Below are positions 18,883 to 28,998 of a stretch of DNA of 64,000 nucleotides, one piece after another. The stretch lies in contig CALKUP010000002.1 in NCBI GenBank assembly GCA_937996685.1, positions 23,003 to 87,002 of the forward strand. Direction: 5' to 3'. The first letter of the stretch is position 1, and every line of letters starts with the position of its first letter. The stretch is from an uncultured bacterium. GTDB taxonomy: Bacteria > Patescibacteriota > Patescibacteriia > UBA9570 > XYC2-FULL-38-9. The position numbers and the translations under genes were made by a program. The notes beneath the pieces are model-generated. The model did no database searches. It was given only the letters and a program-made list of their open reading frames with translations, and was not told the DNA's origin.

Positions 18883-18967
18883 TGGTACCGGAGGAGAGAA
18901 TCGAACTCTCATGGGTTTCCCCGCACGATCTTGAGTCGTGTGCGTCTGCCAATTCCGCCACTCCGGC
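18883..18967 (-). tRNA. tRNA-Leu (anticodon CAA), class II with long variable arm, CCA encoded
   Basis: Reverse complement GCCGGAGTGGCGGAATTGGCAGACGCACACGACTCAAGATCGTGCG...GAGAGTTCGATTCTCTCCTCCGGTACCA; anticodon loop CTCAAGA. Confidence 0.8.
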
Positions 18968-19067
18968 ATATGTTTCTGTAGCTTTAGGAATATACGAAAA
19001 AAACGACAATCTGTCAACAGACTGTGCGGTTAGGAGTATTTCTCTTTTTTTGCTATACTGTGATTCT

Positions 19068-19964
19068 ATGGCTCGAGTTATTTCTGTTGTAAACCAAAAA
19101 GGTGGTGTCGGAAAAACCACAACCTCTGTGAATGTGGCAGCGGCTTTGTCATTGCTTGATCAAACTGTTTTGTTGGTTGATATTGATTCACAAGGCAATG
19201 CAACATCCGGTCTGGGGTTTGATCCAATGACTGTTCATCCGTCTGTGTATGATGTCCTGACTGAAAACGCGAGCATCGATCAGGCGATTATCAATACGGG
19301 CATTGAACGATTAGATATTTTGCCAGCAAACGTTGATTTAGCCGGAGCGTCTGTTGAGTTGGTTTCTGCTGATCAACGCGAATATCGATTGCGTCATGCA
19401 TTAGGCTTGGTCGAGGATCGCTATGATTTCATTATTATTGATTGCCCGCCGTCATTGGGCGTATTAACAATCAACGGAATTGTGGCAGGGAATGAAATTT
19501 TAATTCCTGTCCAAGCGGAATATTATGCATTAGAAGGTCTTGGTCAATTATTGCGGACCATTGAGCTGACAAAAGAATACTTGCATCCAGATTTGAATAT
19601 TTTAGGCGCGGTGCTGACGATGTATGATCGTCGAAATAAATTATCTCAAGCAGTGTTTGAAGATATGTATAAGCATTTCCCAAATACAGTATTTCGCACA
19701 ATTATTCCTCGAACAGTTCGGCTTGCAGAAGCGCCATCATATGGAAAGCCAATCGCGTTATATGACCCGACAGGCAATGGCGCTAAAGCGTACATGAAAC
19801 TTGCGCGTGAAATGTTGATCCGAGAAGCGCACATCAATCCGCGCGAGGTGCTGCAACAAGTCGCAGAAGAAACCAATACAGAAATCCCAAAGCCAGACTT
19901 GAATTACGATGATCCAGAAGAAGTGCGCGATGCAATTTTAGAATCTGTTCAATCAACTGAGTAA
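19068..19964 (+). CDS. parA: ParA/Soj chromosome partitioning ATPase
   Basis: Deviant Walker A KGGVGKTTT at the true N-terminus MARVISVVNQKGGVGKTT. The ORF-track start at 18882 runs into the tRNA and is spurious. An extended -10 TGCTATACT lies at 19051-19059. Confidence 0.85.
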   Translation: MARVISVVNQKGGVGKTTTSVNVAAALSLLDQTVLLVDIDSQGNATSGLGFDPMTVHPSVYDVLTENASIDQAIINTGIERLDILPANVDLAGASVELVSADQREYRLRHALGLVEDRYDFIIIDCPPSLGVLTINGIVAGNEILIPVQAEYYALEGLGQLLRTIELTKEYLHPDLNILGAVLTMYDRRNKLSQAVFEDMYKHFPNTVFRTIIPRTVRLAEAPSYGKPIALYDPTGNGAKAYMKLAREMLIREAHINPREVLQQVAEETNTEIPKPDLNYDDPEEVRDAILESVQSTE

Positions 19965-19969
19965 AACGT

Positions 19970-20869
19970 ATGACACAATCCAAAGGCGGGCTGGGTCGGG
20001 GCCTGAGTTCTTTAATCCCACCAAAACAATCACCGCAAAATTTAGATGCGGTACGTCGTGCAAGTAATCCTGATTTAGAGCGAGTGGCGAATTCGTCTAT
20101 TTTAGAAGTGCCAGTTGCGTTGCTTGATACCAATGAATATCAACCGCGTACACATTTTGATGAAGGGGCGTTGCGTGAACTCGCGGATTCTATTGAGCAA
20201 CATGGTTTACTTGAGCCAGTGGTTGTGACGCGTGAAGGGGATCGTTATTCATTAATTGCGGGTGAGAGGCGTTTGCGGGCACATAAATTGTTGAATAAAA
20301 AAACGATTCCAGCGATTATTCGAACAGCATCGGAGCTTGAGCGATTACAACTTGCGTTGATTGAAAATATTCAACGTGAAGATTTGAATCCGATTGAATG
20401 TGCGATGAGTTACAAGCAATTGATGGATGAGTTTAGTATTACACAACAAGAAGCCGCGCGGCGTTTAGGTGTTGCGCGATCAACAGTTGCAAATGTTGTG
20501 CGCTATTTAGAATTACCAACTGAAGTGCAACGTGCGCTTGCGGAAAAACGGATTTCAGAAGGTCATGCAAAATTATTATTAGGACTTTCTTCAGCTGAAG
20601 AGCAAATGCAATTGTTTAAGCAATTGACGTCTGGACAAGCAATGAGTGTACGCGAATTAGAAGAAGTGGTTGGGATTAAAAAAGGTGTCAAAAAAGGCAA
20701 AGCGGTCAAAAATCACGAATTGGTTGAATTGGAAAATGAATTACAACACGCGCTTGGAACAAAAGTGCTCGTGACTTCTCGTTCAAAAGGTCGTTTTCAA
20801 ATTACTGTTGACGTCTATTCTGCTGAAGATTTGAAACGTTTACGAAAACAACTGACAACAAAGAATTAA
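19970..20869 (+). CDS. parB: ParB/Spo0J partitioning protein
   Basis: ParB box GERRLRA and the HTH region LIENIQREDLNPIE. Confidence 0.85.
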   Translation: MTQSKGGLGRGLSSLIPPKQSPQNLDAVRRASNPDLERVANSSILEVPVALLDTNEYQPRTHFDEGALRELADSIEQHGLLEPVVVTREGDRYSLIAGERRLRAHKLLNKKTIPAIIRTASELERLQLALIENIQREDLNPIECAMSYKQLMDEFSITQQEAARRLGVARSTVANVVRYLELPTEVQRALAEKRISEGHAKLLLGLSSAEEQMQLFKQLTSGQAMSVRELEEVVGIKKGVKKGKAVKNHELVELENELQHALGTKVLVTSRSKGRFQITVDVYSAEDLKRLRKQLTTKN

Positions 20870-22452
20870 TCTTCTTTGTTTCGTGAGAGCCCAATGCGGC
20901 TGAAAAAGCTGCTGTTTTTCTTGTTAATATATTGCCTGATCGATTGTCGCGCATTGGTGGTTTTGACAAACGATAACCAGCCAGCACTCGGACCTTTGCG
21001 TTGTGGGTTGGTGAGAATTTCGACAACATCACCGCTGTGAAGGGGGTCGCTCAAGCTACTCATTTGTCCGTTGATTTTCACGCCAGCACATTTGTCGCCA
21101 AGGTCTGTGTGTATTTTGTATGCAAAATCAACAGGGGATGCGTCTTCTGGTAATTCAATGACCGCGCCTTTTGGTGTGAAAACAAAAATCGTATTTTGAA
21201 ACATGTCGATTTTGAGTGTCTCAAGCAACTGATGTGTGTCTGTTGCGTCTTTTTGTAGTTCAACAACTTCCCGCATCCAGTTCATGCGTGGGTCAGTCTT
21301 TTTTGATCCTTGTTCTTTTTCTTTGTATTGCCAATGAGCAGCAATACCGAATTCTGCTTCTTGATGCATTTCTGGGGTGCGGATTTGAATCTCAGCAATT
21401 TCCGCGTACATTTCGTTGGTTGCAAATCGCGCTGGAGAAAACACCGTTGTGTGCAATGATTGATATCCGTTTGGTTTTGGTTGACTAATGTAGTCTTTAA
21501 TACGGCCTTTTAACGGTTTGCAGATTTCATGAATGATGCCAAGTGTTTCGTAACACTTGGCGATATTTGGAACAATAATGCGCACAGCAACCATGTCATA
21601 GATTTTACTGGTGTCACGATTATTTTTGATCAGCTTTTTGTAGAGGGAATACAAATGCTTACGTCTGCCGTGCATGCTGACATATTCAATTTTCCGGTCT
21701 TTGAATTCTGCTTCTAAAAATGAAACAAAGTCGCGAATAAATTCTTCTTTTTGTTTTAATTGCAGATCCATTTGCTTGGTCAGCCATTCGTATTCTTCGG
21801 GGTAAATAAATGGGAATGATAAATCTTCAATCACCCCTTTCATTTCACCCATACCAAGACGGTTGGCAATTGGTGCGTAAATTTCCAAGCTTTCTAATGC
21901 AATGCGGCGTTGTTTTTCTGGCGGAAGAGCGCTGAGGGTTTGCAGATTGTGAATACGGTCTGCGAATTTCACGACAATCACGCGAGCATCTTGTGCCATC
22001 GCCATAAACATGCGACGCAGATTTTCAACATAGCGTTCTTCACCGCGATATTTTAATTGACCAAGTTTTGTGACGCCGTTCACAAGAAAGGCGACTTCTT
22101 CACCAAATTCTGTTTCAATGCCTTCGAGTGTCACGGCTGTATCTTCTGGGACATCATGCAAAAGACCTGCGATAATGGTTGTTTCGTCCATTTTGAGTTG
22201 CGCCAGATAAAACGCTGTCGCAATTGGATGATGAATATAGGATTCGCCGGATTTTCGTTTCTGGTCGCCATGGGCTGCGGTTGCAAAATCAAATGCATGG
22301 CGAATACGAGTGTCGTCTATTTCCGGATGATGTTTTTTTCCTGCGGCAATAATATCGTCAACCCCAATGTTTGGGTTGTAGGTAAAGACAATTTCATCAT
22401 CGACGAATGGAGTCATGCTGTGTACTCTATACCTGCTGATATGATTTTGCAA
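20866..22452 (-). CDS. rel: (p)ppGpp synthetase/hydrolase, RelA/SpoT family (short form, HD-SYNTH-TGS)
   Basis: HD motif HDVPEDT, synthetase domain, and a TGS region near the C-terminus. Only 528 aa, so it appears to lack the C-terminal ACT/RRM regulatory domain. Confidence 0.8.
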   Translation of the reverse strand: MQNHISRYRVHSMTPFVDDEIVFTYNPNIGVDDIIAAGKKHHPEIDDTRIRHAFDFATAAHGDQKRKSGESYIHHPIATAFYLAQLKMDETTIIAGLLHDVPEDTAVTLEGIETEFGEEVAFLVNGVTKLGQLKYRGEERYVENLRRMFMAMAQDARVIVVKFADRIHNLQTLSALPPEKQRRIALESLEIYAPIANRLGMGEMKGVIEDLSFPFIYPEEYEWLTKQMDLQLKQKEEFIRDFVSFLEAEFKDRKIEYVSMHGRRKHLYSLYKKLIKNNRDTSKIYDMVAVRIIVPNIAKCYETLGIIHEICKPLKGRIKDYISQPKPNGYQSLHTTVFSPARFATNEMYAEIAEIQIRTPEMHQEAEFGIAAHWQYKEKEQGSKKTDPRMNWMREVVELQKDATDTHQLLETLKIDMFQNTIFVFTPKGAVIELPEDASPVDFAYKIHTDLGDKCAGVKINGQMSSLSDPLHSGDVVEILTNPQRKGPSAGWLSFVKTTNARQSIRQYINKKNSSFFSRIGLSRNKED

Positions 22453-22490
22453 GATAGAGAAGGTCTAATATTTGCGAATTTGCGGCGCCA

Positions 22491-24785
22491 TTACACCATT
22501 TCTTCTTGTTCCTTGCTGAATTTACAGGTTTTTTCGCTACATCGGATCGTGTTTTTTGCACCGAAGACCAAGAGGGCGCCACAGTCTGGACAGCTTTCAC
22601 CAGTCGGTTTGCTCCAATAGGCGTTCTCGCATTTTGGATATTGATTACATGCGTAAAAGGTTTTACCGCGCTTACTGCGTTTCTCAATAATTTCACCTTC
22701 TTCACATTTTGGGCATTTGACGCCAGTCTTTTTTTCAATGGAAACAATGCTTTTGCATTCCGGGTAGCCGCTACACGCGAGAAATTCTCCAAAGCGACCA
22801 CGTTTTTTGACCATCGGTTTGCCGCAAAGCTCACAGGTCACATCAATTTTTTCTTCTGGTGCTGCTTTGCCGTTTTCGCCAAGTGGTTTTGTTGTTTTAC
22901 AATCCGGATAGCCAGTACATGCTAAGAATTTTCCAAAGCGTCCCATTTTCACTTCCATTGGTTTTCCGCATTTATCACACACTTCGTCAGTTTTTTCTTG
23001 AACGATATCTTCTTTTGTGATTTCTGAATCTTTTTCCACAAGTAATTTTTTAAATGGTTGGTAAAAGTCACGAATGAGTGGTTCCCATTCTTGTGTGCCA
23101 TCGGCAACGTTATCAAGTCCTTGTTCCATGTTCGCTGTAAAGTCGTAGTCGACAATATTTGGAAAATGTTCAACTAGTAAATCGTTGACTAAAAATCCAA
23201 TTTCTTCAGGGATCAGTTTGCGTTCTTCTTTGCGAACGTAGCCACGCGCTTGCACTGTCGCGAGTGTCGGAGCGTATGTGGATGGTCGGCCAATGCCTTT
23301 TTCTTCCAATGCTTTGACAATCGCAGCTTCAGTGTATCGCGCTGGTGGTTCAGTGAAATGTTGAACGGGTGTAATAGAGTTCGCGGTAATAACGTCGCCT
23401 TCTTTCATTTCTGGCAACAAGCGTTCGTTGCTTTTATCGGGATATAATTTGAGCCACCCATCAAAAACGAGTTGTGAGCCAGTGGATCGAAATGTGTATT
23501 CACCCGTTGTGATATCCGCTGTTGTCGCAAGCATTTGCGCCGGCGCCATTTGTGAGCCAACAGCACGAGACCAAATCAGCGTATACATTTTCAATTGTTG
23601 TGGACTTAAAAATGGAGCGACGATTTCAGGAGACAGAGCGGCATCAGTTGGACGAATTGCTTCGTGGGCTTCTTGTGCGCCTTTCGCAGTTGTGGTGTAG
23701 GTTGTGCGTTTTGCGTACTCAGTACCAAACGTTGCGGTGATGTATGCGCCGGCTTCATCTAAAAATGTATCAGATAAGTTGAGTGAATCTGTACGCATGT
23801 ATGTGATTAAACCAGTAGAGACTTTATCGATTTCAACACCTTCATAGAGTTGTTGGGCAAGCATCATGGTTTGTTTTGCCGAATACCCTAAACGATTATT
23901 GGCTTCTTGTTGCAATGTTGATGTTTTAAACGGAGCACTCGCTGCACGTTTGCGATCTTTTTGTTCCAGAGAAGAAACGGTGTACGTGCCATTCTCGAGT
24001 GCTTGCATAATCGCGTCAGCGTTTGCGGCGTCTTTGATTTCCAGTTTGTCGAGCTTTTTGCCATTAATGGTGTTGAGCGCACCTTCAAATTCAATGCCGC
24101 CTTTTTCAAACAACGCATCGATGGTCCAATATTCTTCCGCATTAAAAGCTTGAATCTCACGTTCACGTTCAACGATCATGCGCACAACAACAGATTGCAC
24201 GCGGCCAGCAGATAATCCGCGATACATTTTGCGCCAGAGAAACGGGGAGAGTTCGTACCCGACGAGTCGATCAACAATACGACGGGCTTGTTGCGCATCA
24301 ACCGTGTGCATGTTGATGTCACGTGGATTTTCGAGTGCGTGCAAAATTGCCTTTTTCGTAATTTCATGAAAGGCAATACGATGTACTGGAGTGTCTTTTT
24401 TTGGCGCTAAGATTTCTAATAAATGCCACGCGATAGCTTCTCCTTCACGGTCTTCGTCGGATGCGAGATAGATTTCTGATGCTGATTTCGCGAGTTTTTT
24501 TAATTCAGAAACACGTTTTTTCGCTTTCGTTGGAACGATATATTTTGGTTCAAAATTGTGTTCCACATCAATCCCGAGGCGACTTTTTGGTAAATCACGG
24601 ACGTGACCGAATGAGCTTTCGACAATGTAGTCTCGACCTAAAAAGCGAGAAATAGTTTTTGCTTTGGTTGGAGACTCAACGATCACCAGTTTTTTGCCAG
24701 TGCCTTTTGGTTTTTTGGTGACTTTCTTGCGCGCTGGTTTTTTTGCAGGTGATTTTTCAGCTGCAGATGTTGGTATTTTTTCCAT
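22491..24785 (-). CDS. topA: DNA topoisomerase I
   Basis: TOPRIM start LVIVESPTKAKTI, type IA core, and four C-terminal Zn-ribbon CxxC...CxxC repeats. Lys-rich N-terminal tail. Confidence 0.85.
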   Translation of the reverse strand: MEKIPTSAAEKSPAKKPARKKVTKKPKGTGKKLVIVESPTKAKTISRFLGRDYIVESSFGHVRDLPKSRLGIDVEHNFEPKYIVPTKAKKRVSELKKLAKSASEIYLASDEDREGEAIAWHLLEILAPKKDTPVHRIAFHEITKKAILHALENPRDINMHTVDAQQARRIVDRLVGYELSPFLWRKMYRGLSAGRVQSVVVRMIVEREREIQAFNAEEYWTIDALFEKGGIEFEGALNTINGKKLDKLEIKDAANADAIMQALENGTYTVSSLEQKDRKRAASAPFKTSTLQQEANNRLGYSAKQTMMLAQQLYEGVEIDKVSTGLITYMRTDSLNLSDTFLDEAGAYITATFGTEYAKRTTYTTTAKGAQEAHEAIRPTDAALSPEIVAPFLSPQQLKMYTLIWSRAVGSQMAPAQMLATTADITTGEYTFRSTGSQLVFDGWLKLYPDKSNERLLPEMKEGDVITANSITPVQHFTEPPARYTEAAIVKALEEKGIGRPSTYAPTLATVQARGYVRKEERKLIPEEIGFLVNDLLVEHFPNIVDYDFTANMEQGLDNVADGTQEWEPLIRDFYQPFKKLLVEKDSEITKEDIVQEKTDEVCDKCGKPMEVKMGRFGKFLACTGYPDCKTTKPLGENGKAAPEEKIDVTCELCGKPMVKKRGRFGEFLACSGYPECKSIVSIEKKTGVKCPKCEEGEIIEKRSKRGKTFYACNQYPKCENAYWSKPTGESCPDCGALLVFGAKNTIRCSEKTCKFSKEQEEMV

Positions 24786-24821
24786 AATGCGGTTAGTTAT
24801 AACAACGGATTTATTGTATTG

Positions 24822-26192
24822 TCAAGAAATAAGGGGTTTTTTTGCGAAGACTTGAGGAAAAGAAGTTCTGCTCGACAGGATGTCATCTTCCGAAATCCAG
24901 TGTTGTCGCAGAATGCCCGCAAGGTACAGCGAGCCAATAATAATCAGTGTTGCGTTGTCTGCTTTTGCGGCAGCAAGAGCGTGCGTGAGTGCATCATGTG
25001 GATCTGCTTCAACGATAACGTCTGAACAAATGCCATTGGCGATTGTCGTGTCTGAAAGTTCTTGTGGGTCACATGCGCCAAAGCCTTGTAATTGAAAGCT
25101 GGTGAAATAGATGCGGTCCGCGTGTGAAAATGCGGAGAGAATTGCTGCGGCGTCTTTTCCTGCCTTTAAAGCAACGAGATAATACTGCTTTGTGTTTTTT
25201 GTGATTGCTGGCGCGGTTTCAAAAAAGGCGGCAATTTTTTGCGGTGAATGTGCGCCATCGAGTATCACAAGCGGATCATCTTGCATGATTTCAATACGGG
25301 CTGGGAGCCTCGTTTCGTGTACGCCGGTTGAAATTGCAGTGTCGATTTCCGTTGCGCCAAGTGCATTCGCAGCTCCGATGTGTCGCACGACAGCGGCGGC
25401 GAGTGCGGCATTGCGTTGTTGGTGAGCACCGGGCATGGTTGTTGCAAACGGATACAGGGGATCGTTCGTTTCGTCTGTTATATATGTAATGTCGATTCCG
25501 TGATCAGCTGCTTGCGTGTTAAATACGCTCATGACTTCTGGAGTTTGGGCTGCAGAAAATGTTGGCGCAGGCTGTTTCATGATGCCGGCTTTGTGCCACG
25601 CGATCGCTTCGATGGTGTTTCCGAGAATGTCAGTGTGATCAAGGCCAATGGGAGTTAAGACTGTCGCTGCAATATTTTGACACGCGTTACTGTAATCAAA
25701 ACGACCGCCGCAACCGGTTTCTACAACAATGTAATCGAGATCTTGATCCGCAAGGTAGCACATCGCAATGGCAAAAAAGAGTTCGCCATAAGACGGTTTC
25801 AGCTCTGGTGTGTCGTTTGCAATAGCGCGCATGACCGCGAGCACTCGCTCGCTATAGATCACGAAATTATCTGGACTTATCAAGAGTCCGTCTGGTCCAT
25901 GAATATTTTCAATGGATGTTGTGACAAATGGGGACTGAAAGAGTCCAGTGCGAAAACCGGCCGCGCGAAGACTGTTGTGTATCATGGTGCTGACAGAGCC
26001 TTTTCCGGAGGTGCCGGCGATATGAATGACGGGAACACGGTTTTGTGGATCGCCAAGTGCTTGCATGAGGTGGCTCGTGCGATCAAGAAAAAACTGATCA
26101 TCACGTTTGATTTGTGACTTCATATAATCAACCGGGCTGCCAATTGCCTCGGTTTCGAATCTGGTGCGGGCTGTGTGGTAGTTTTCAAACAT
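24822..26192 (-). CDS. folC: Folylpolyglutamate synthase / dihydrofolate synthase (Mur ligase family)
   Basis: P-loop IHIAGTSGKGS typical of FolC, and Mur ligase middle and C-terminal domains. Confidence 0.7.
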   Translation of the reverse strand: MFENYHTARTRFETEAIGSPVDYMKSQIKRDDQFFLDRTSHLMQALGDPQNRVPVIHIAGTSGKGSVSTMIHNSLRAAGFRTGLFQSPFVTTSIENIHGPDGLLISPDNFVIYSERVLAVMRAIANDTPELKPSYGELFFAIAMCYLADQDLDYIVVETGCGGRFDYSNACQNIAATVLTPIGLDHTDILGNTIEAIAWHKAGIMKQPAPTFSAAQTPEVMSVFNTQAADHGIDITYITDETNDPLYPFATTMPGAHQQRNAALAAAVVRHIGAANALGATEIDTAISTGVHETRLPARIEIMQDDPLVILDGAHSPQKIAAFFETAPAITKNTKQYYLVALKAGKDAAAILSAFSHADRIYFTSFQLQGFGACDPQELSDTTIANGICSDVIVEADPHDALTHALAAAKADNATLIIIGSLYLAGILRQHWISEDDILSSRTSFPQVFAKKPLIS

Positions 26193-26235
26193 ACTCTATA
26201 TATAATGTAGCTGTCTTGAAAAGTCCAATAGATTG

Positions 26236-27363
26236 TTATGTTTTTTGAAATCGACCATCTGGGAGCATCCGGATTGCGCCGGCGATCTCTAATTGGCTGA
26301 TTTCAAGAAACAGGGCGTCAGATTCATAGAATGTGCGTTCTGCGATCTCTTCAATAGACAAGGTGTGCGCGTTGTCGATGAATATAGCAAGGATAGGGTG
26401 GTGTGCCATGGGGGTAGCAGAGAGTGCGGGTGTGTGGATATCGGAGTCTCCACCAAAGCGTTCATTGAGGTAGACAATAAATTGTGAGAGTGAAGAAATA
26501 GGCGGTGTGCCAAATTCAATCAGTTGGTTTGTTCCAGCGGATTGTGTTGAGTAAATGCTACCAGGAACAGCAAAGACGTCGCGGTTTTCTTCTGCGCCAA
26601 GCCTTGCGGTAATCAGTGATCCGGATTTTTCCGCAGCTTCAATAATAAGAATGGTTTGGGATAGCCCGGCGATAATCCGATTGCGCAGCGGGAACCATTC
26701 TGGTCGCACACGGCTATTCGGTGGATATTCCGAAATGATCAAGCCGTCGTGTTCAATAATTGATTCGCCGAGCTGTGTGTTGCGCGGTGGAGTAATGTGC
26801 GTGATGGGAGAGCCGAGCACGGCAATGGTTGGTAGCGTTTCTTTCAGCGCAGCACGATGTGCAATCGCATCAATGCCGAGCGCGAGTCCGGATACAATCA
26901 CGCTGTTGAACGGGCGCATGGTTGCAATGAGGTCGTTTGCTGCTGTTTCGCCGTAGGTTGTCGGTTTGCGTGTCCCGACGACTGCAATGCGAACGGTACT
27001 GTGTAAGAGCTCTGTGTTCCCACGACAATACAATAACACCGGCGGTTCATGGATGGTCCGAAGTGTGTCGGGATACGCCGAGTCAGCCGGGCAGAGTGTT
27101 GTGATTCGGCTGGCTGCAAAGTCAGAAAGGATGCGCTTGCTGTCTTCTATTGAAATGCTCGTTTGTTGTTGAAGTAGTCGGTTGATGCGTTTTGTTGTTG
27201 CTTTTGAGACGCGTTGATAGTCCCGACGCTTCATTGTCCAAAGTATTTCTGGGTCTGGATTTTTTTGATAGAGCCGCGATAAAAATGGCAAGTCATCGAT
27301 ATGCATTTGTTGCAAGGCATGCAGCTGCGCATGAGTGGAAATAGTACACATAAAAAAACACAT
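26236..27363 (-). CDS. dprA: DNA processing protein DprA/Smf
   Basis: Rossmann-fold DprA motifs VSGLALGIDAIAHRAAL and the C-terminal domain. The start may be an internal Met. Confidence 0.75.
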   Translation of the reverse strand: MCFFMCTISTHAQLHALQQMHIDDLPFLSRLYQKNPDPEILWTMKRRDYQRVSKATTKRINRLLQQQTSISIEDSKRILSDFAASRITTLCPADSAYPDTLRTIHEPPVLLYCRGNTELLHSTVRIAVVGTRKPTTYGETAANDLIATMRPFNSVIVSGLALGIDAIAHRAALKETLPTIAVLGSPITHITPPRNTQLGESIIEHDGLIISEYPPNSRVRPEWFPLRNRIIAGLSQTILIIEAAEKSGSLITARLGAEENRDVFAVPGSIYSTQSAGTNQLIEFGTPPISSLSQFIVYLNERFGGDSDIHTPALSATPMAHHPILAIFIDNAHTLSIEEIAERTFYESDALFLEISQLEIAGAIRMLPDGRFQKT

Positions 27364-27461
27364 GTGGTTACAAGTGCGTGGTGTGCATTCTATTGTGATG
27401 TGTCACAAAAAATATATCACAGGTTCATATTCTTGCCTAATACGACTGCATTTTATACACT

Positions 27462-28007
27462 GTGCATATGACAGCACAACAAACACCAACAACAATGAAA
27501 GAACTCGCGCAGTATTGTATGCGCTGCGGCAGTGACCGACTATCTATCCCAGCTGATAATCAATTGGAATGTTTGCAATGTGGCTTTGAATGGTATTGGA
27601 ATGCGGTGTGTGCAACGGCAGTGATTGTACGAAACAGCGATGGTGAGATTTTATTAGTGAAACGAGCGAAAGATCCAGCAAAGGGGACATGGGACTTGCC
27701 GGGTGGGTTTGCAAATTTTGGAGAAAGTTTTGAAGATGCAGCCCGTCGCGAAATTCAAGAAGAGCTCGGGATTGCATTGTCTCATTTTGAGTATCTTAGT
27801 TCATTTCCAAATGTGTATGCGTATAAAGATGTCCGTTATCAGACAATTGACGTTGTGTTGATTGCAGACATCGGTGATGTGGTGATTGATTTAGAAAGGG
27901 ATGAGTTGTTAGATTTTCATTGGATGCGCCCCTTGGATATTGATGTTGAGTCGGTTGGTTTGTCGTCTATCCAACACGCAATTCGTTTTTATCAAAAACA
28001 GCTATGA
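27462..28007 (+). CDS. NUDIX hydrolase with N-terminal zinc ribbon (NudC-like)
   Basis: CxxC...CxxC zinc ribbon (CMRCG...CLQCG), then the Nudix box GGFANFGESFEDAARREIQEELG. Confidence 0.7.
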   Translation: MHMTAQQTPTTMKELAQYCMRCGSDRLSIPADNQLECLQCGFEWYWNAVCATAVIVRNSDGEILLVKRAKDPAKGTWDLPGGFANFGESFEDAARREIQEELGIALSHFEYLSSFPNVYAYKDVRYQTIDVVLIADIGDVVIDLERDELLDFHWMRPLDIDVESVGLSSIQHAIRFYQKQL

Positions 28008-28960
28008 GTCTTGAAAGAGAAAAGCGCGGGCGGCGTCCAGAGTCATTTGATGCTGAAGCTCACGCGCCGCAACAAGAGGTTGTTGATATTTCAGCAGCTC
28101 GAGATGCATTGGTGATTATTGATAGAATTGCCAGCGCTATTAATAGATACAATACCTTGGCAAAGGATGAGTATATAGATGCGCTATACGCAAATGCAAT
28201 TTTGAATGATATACATGAAGGAATAGATGACGCGCAGATTCTTGTGAATACGTTTGCGCCTGAGGCAATATTGCGCAATCTAGAGTGCGGGCAAGCAGCG
28301 CGACGACTGTTTCATATTATTGATGTGATGGAGCCAGAATTTTTGGCATATTTTTCAACACAGTGGGAGCAGGCAGATGCGGATGATGACGGTGAGGTGG
28401 TGTTGGATAACTCGGTTTATGCATATTTAAATAGAGATGAAAAGCGACTGCTGCGTGAATTACGTCCATCAGAAGACACGCAAGATCGAGCTCGGGATTT
28501 ATATATTGAATTTGCCAAAGCGCAACAACCTGGTCAGTCAAATGGCGATCTCCCGGTGTTGCCAGTGCATCTTGCGCAATACAGTGCAGAATTAATGGCT
28601 GATATGGAGACTGTCCCTGTTGATCGCGCGTCTATCGGCATTGAATTGCAGAAAATTCTCGAATCAATTATTGACTTTGATGCAGTGCCAGGCCGACTTG
28701 AGGTGTTGCAAAAAGTGCTGCAAGGATTGTGTATGTATGCTGCTCGTATGCAAGCTTATACGGGTGACACAAAGATAACCCGTGGCGTGCAGGAAGATAT
28801 TCAGCGTATTTGTGATGCGTATATCAAAGCGTATACAAAAAATCGACATGAAGGGCTCACATATAAGTACACAGAAATACAACGCTATTTGCCACAAATG
28901 ATTGAGACGATGGCGTTTTACTTACAATCTCATTCTGGGCGATTTCCGATTGAGGAATAA
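28004..28960 (+). CDS. Hypothetical acidic protein
   Basis: Start overlaps the Nudix stop (ATGA). No recognisable motifs. Confidence 0.4.
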   Translation: MSLEREKRGRRPESFDAEAHAPQQEVVDISAARDALVIIDRIASAINRYNTLAKDEYIDALYANAILNDIHEGIDDAQILVNTFAPEAILRNLECGQAARRLFHIIDVMEPEFLAYFSTQWEQADADDDGEVVLDNSVYAYLNRDEKRLLRELRPSEDTQDRARDLYIEFAKAQQPGQSNGDLPVLPVHLAQYSAELMADMETVPVDRASIGIELQKILESIIDFDAVPGRLEVLQKVLQGLCMYAARMQAYTGDTKITRGVQEDIQRICDAYIKAYTKNRHEGLTYKYTEIQRYLPQMIETMAFYLQSHSGRFPIEE

Positions 28961-28998
28961 GTTGCGACACAGTATAAATTCAGGCATACTACACGTAT

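Noticed and set aside
18882-19067. N-terminal 62-aa extension of the ParA ORF
   Set aside because: It runs through tRNA-Leu. The ParA Walker A begins at the internal Met (19068), which also has a promoter-like element upstream.
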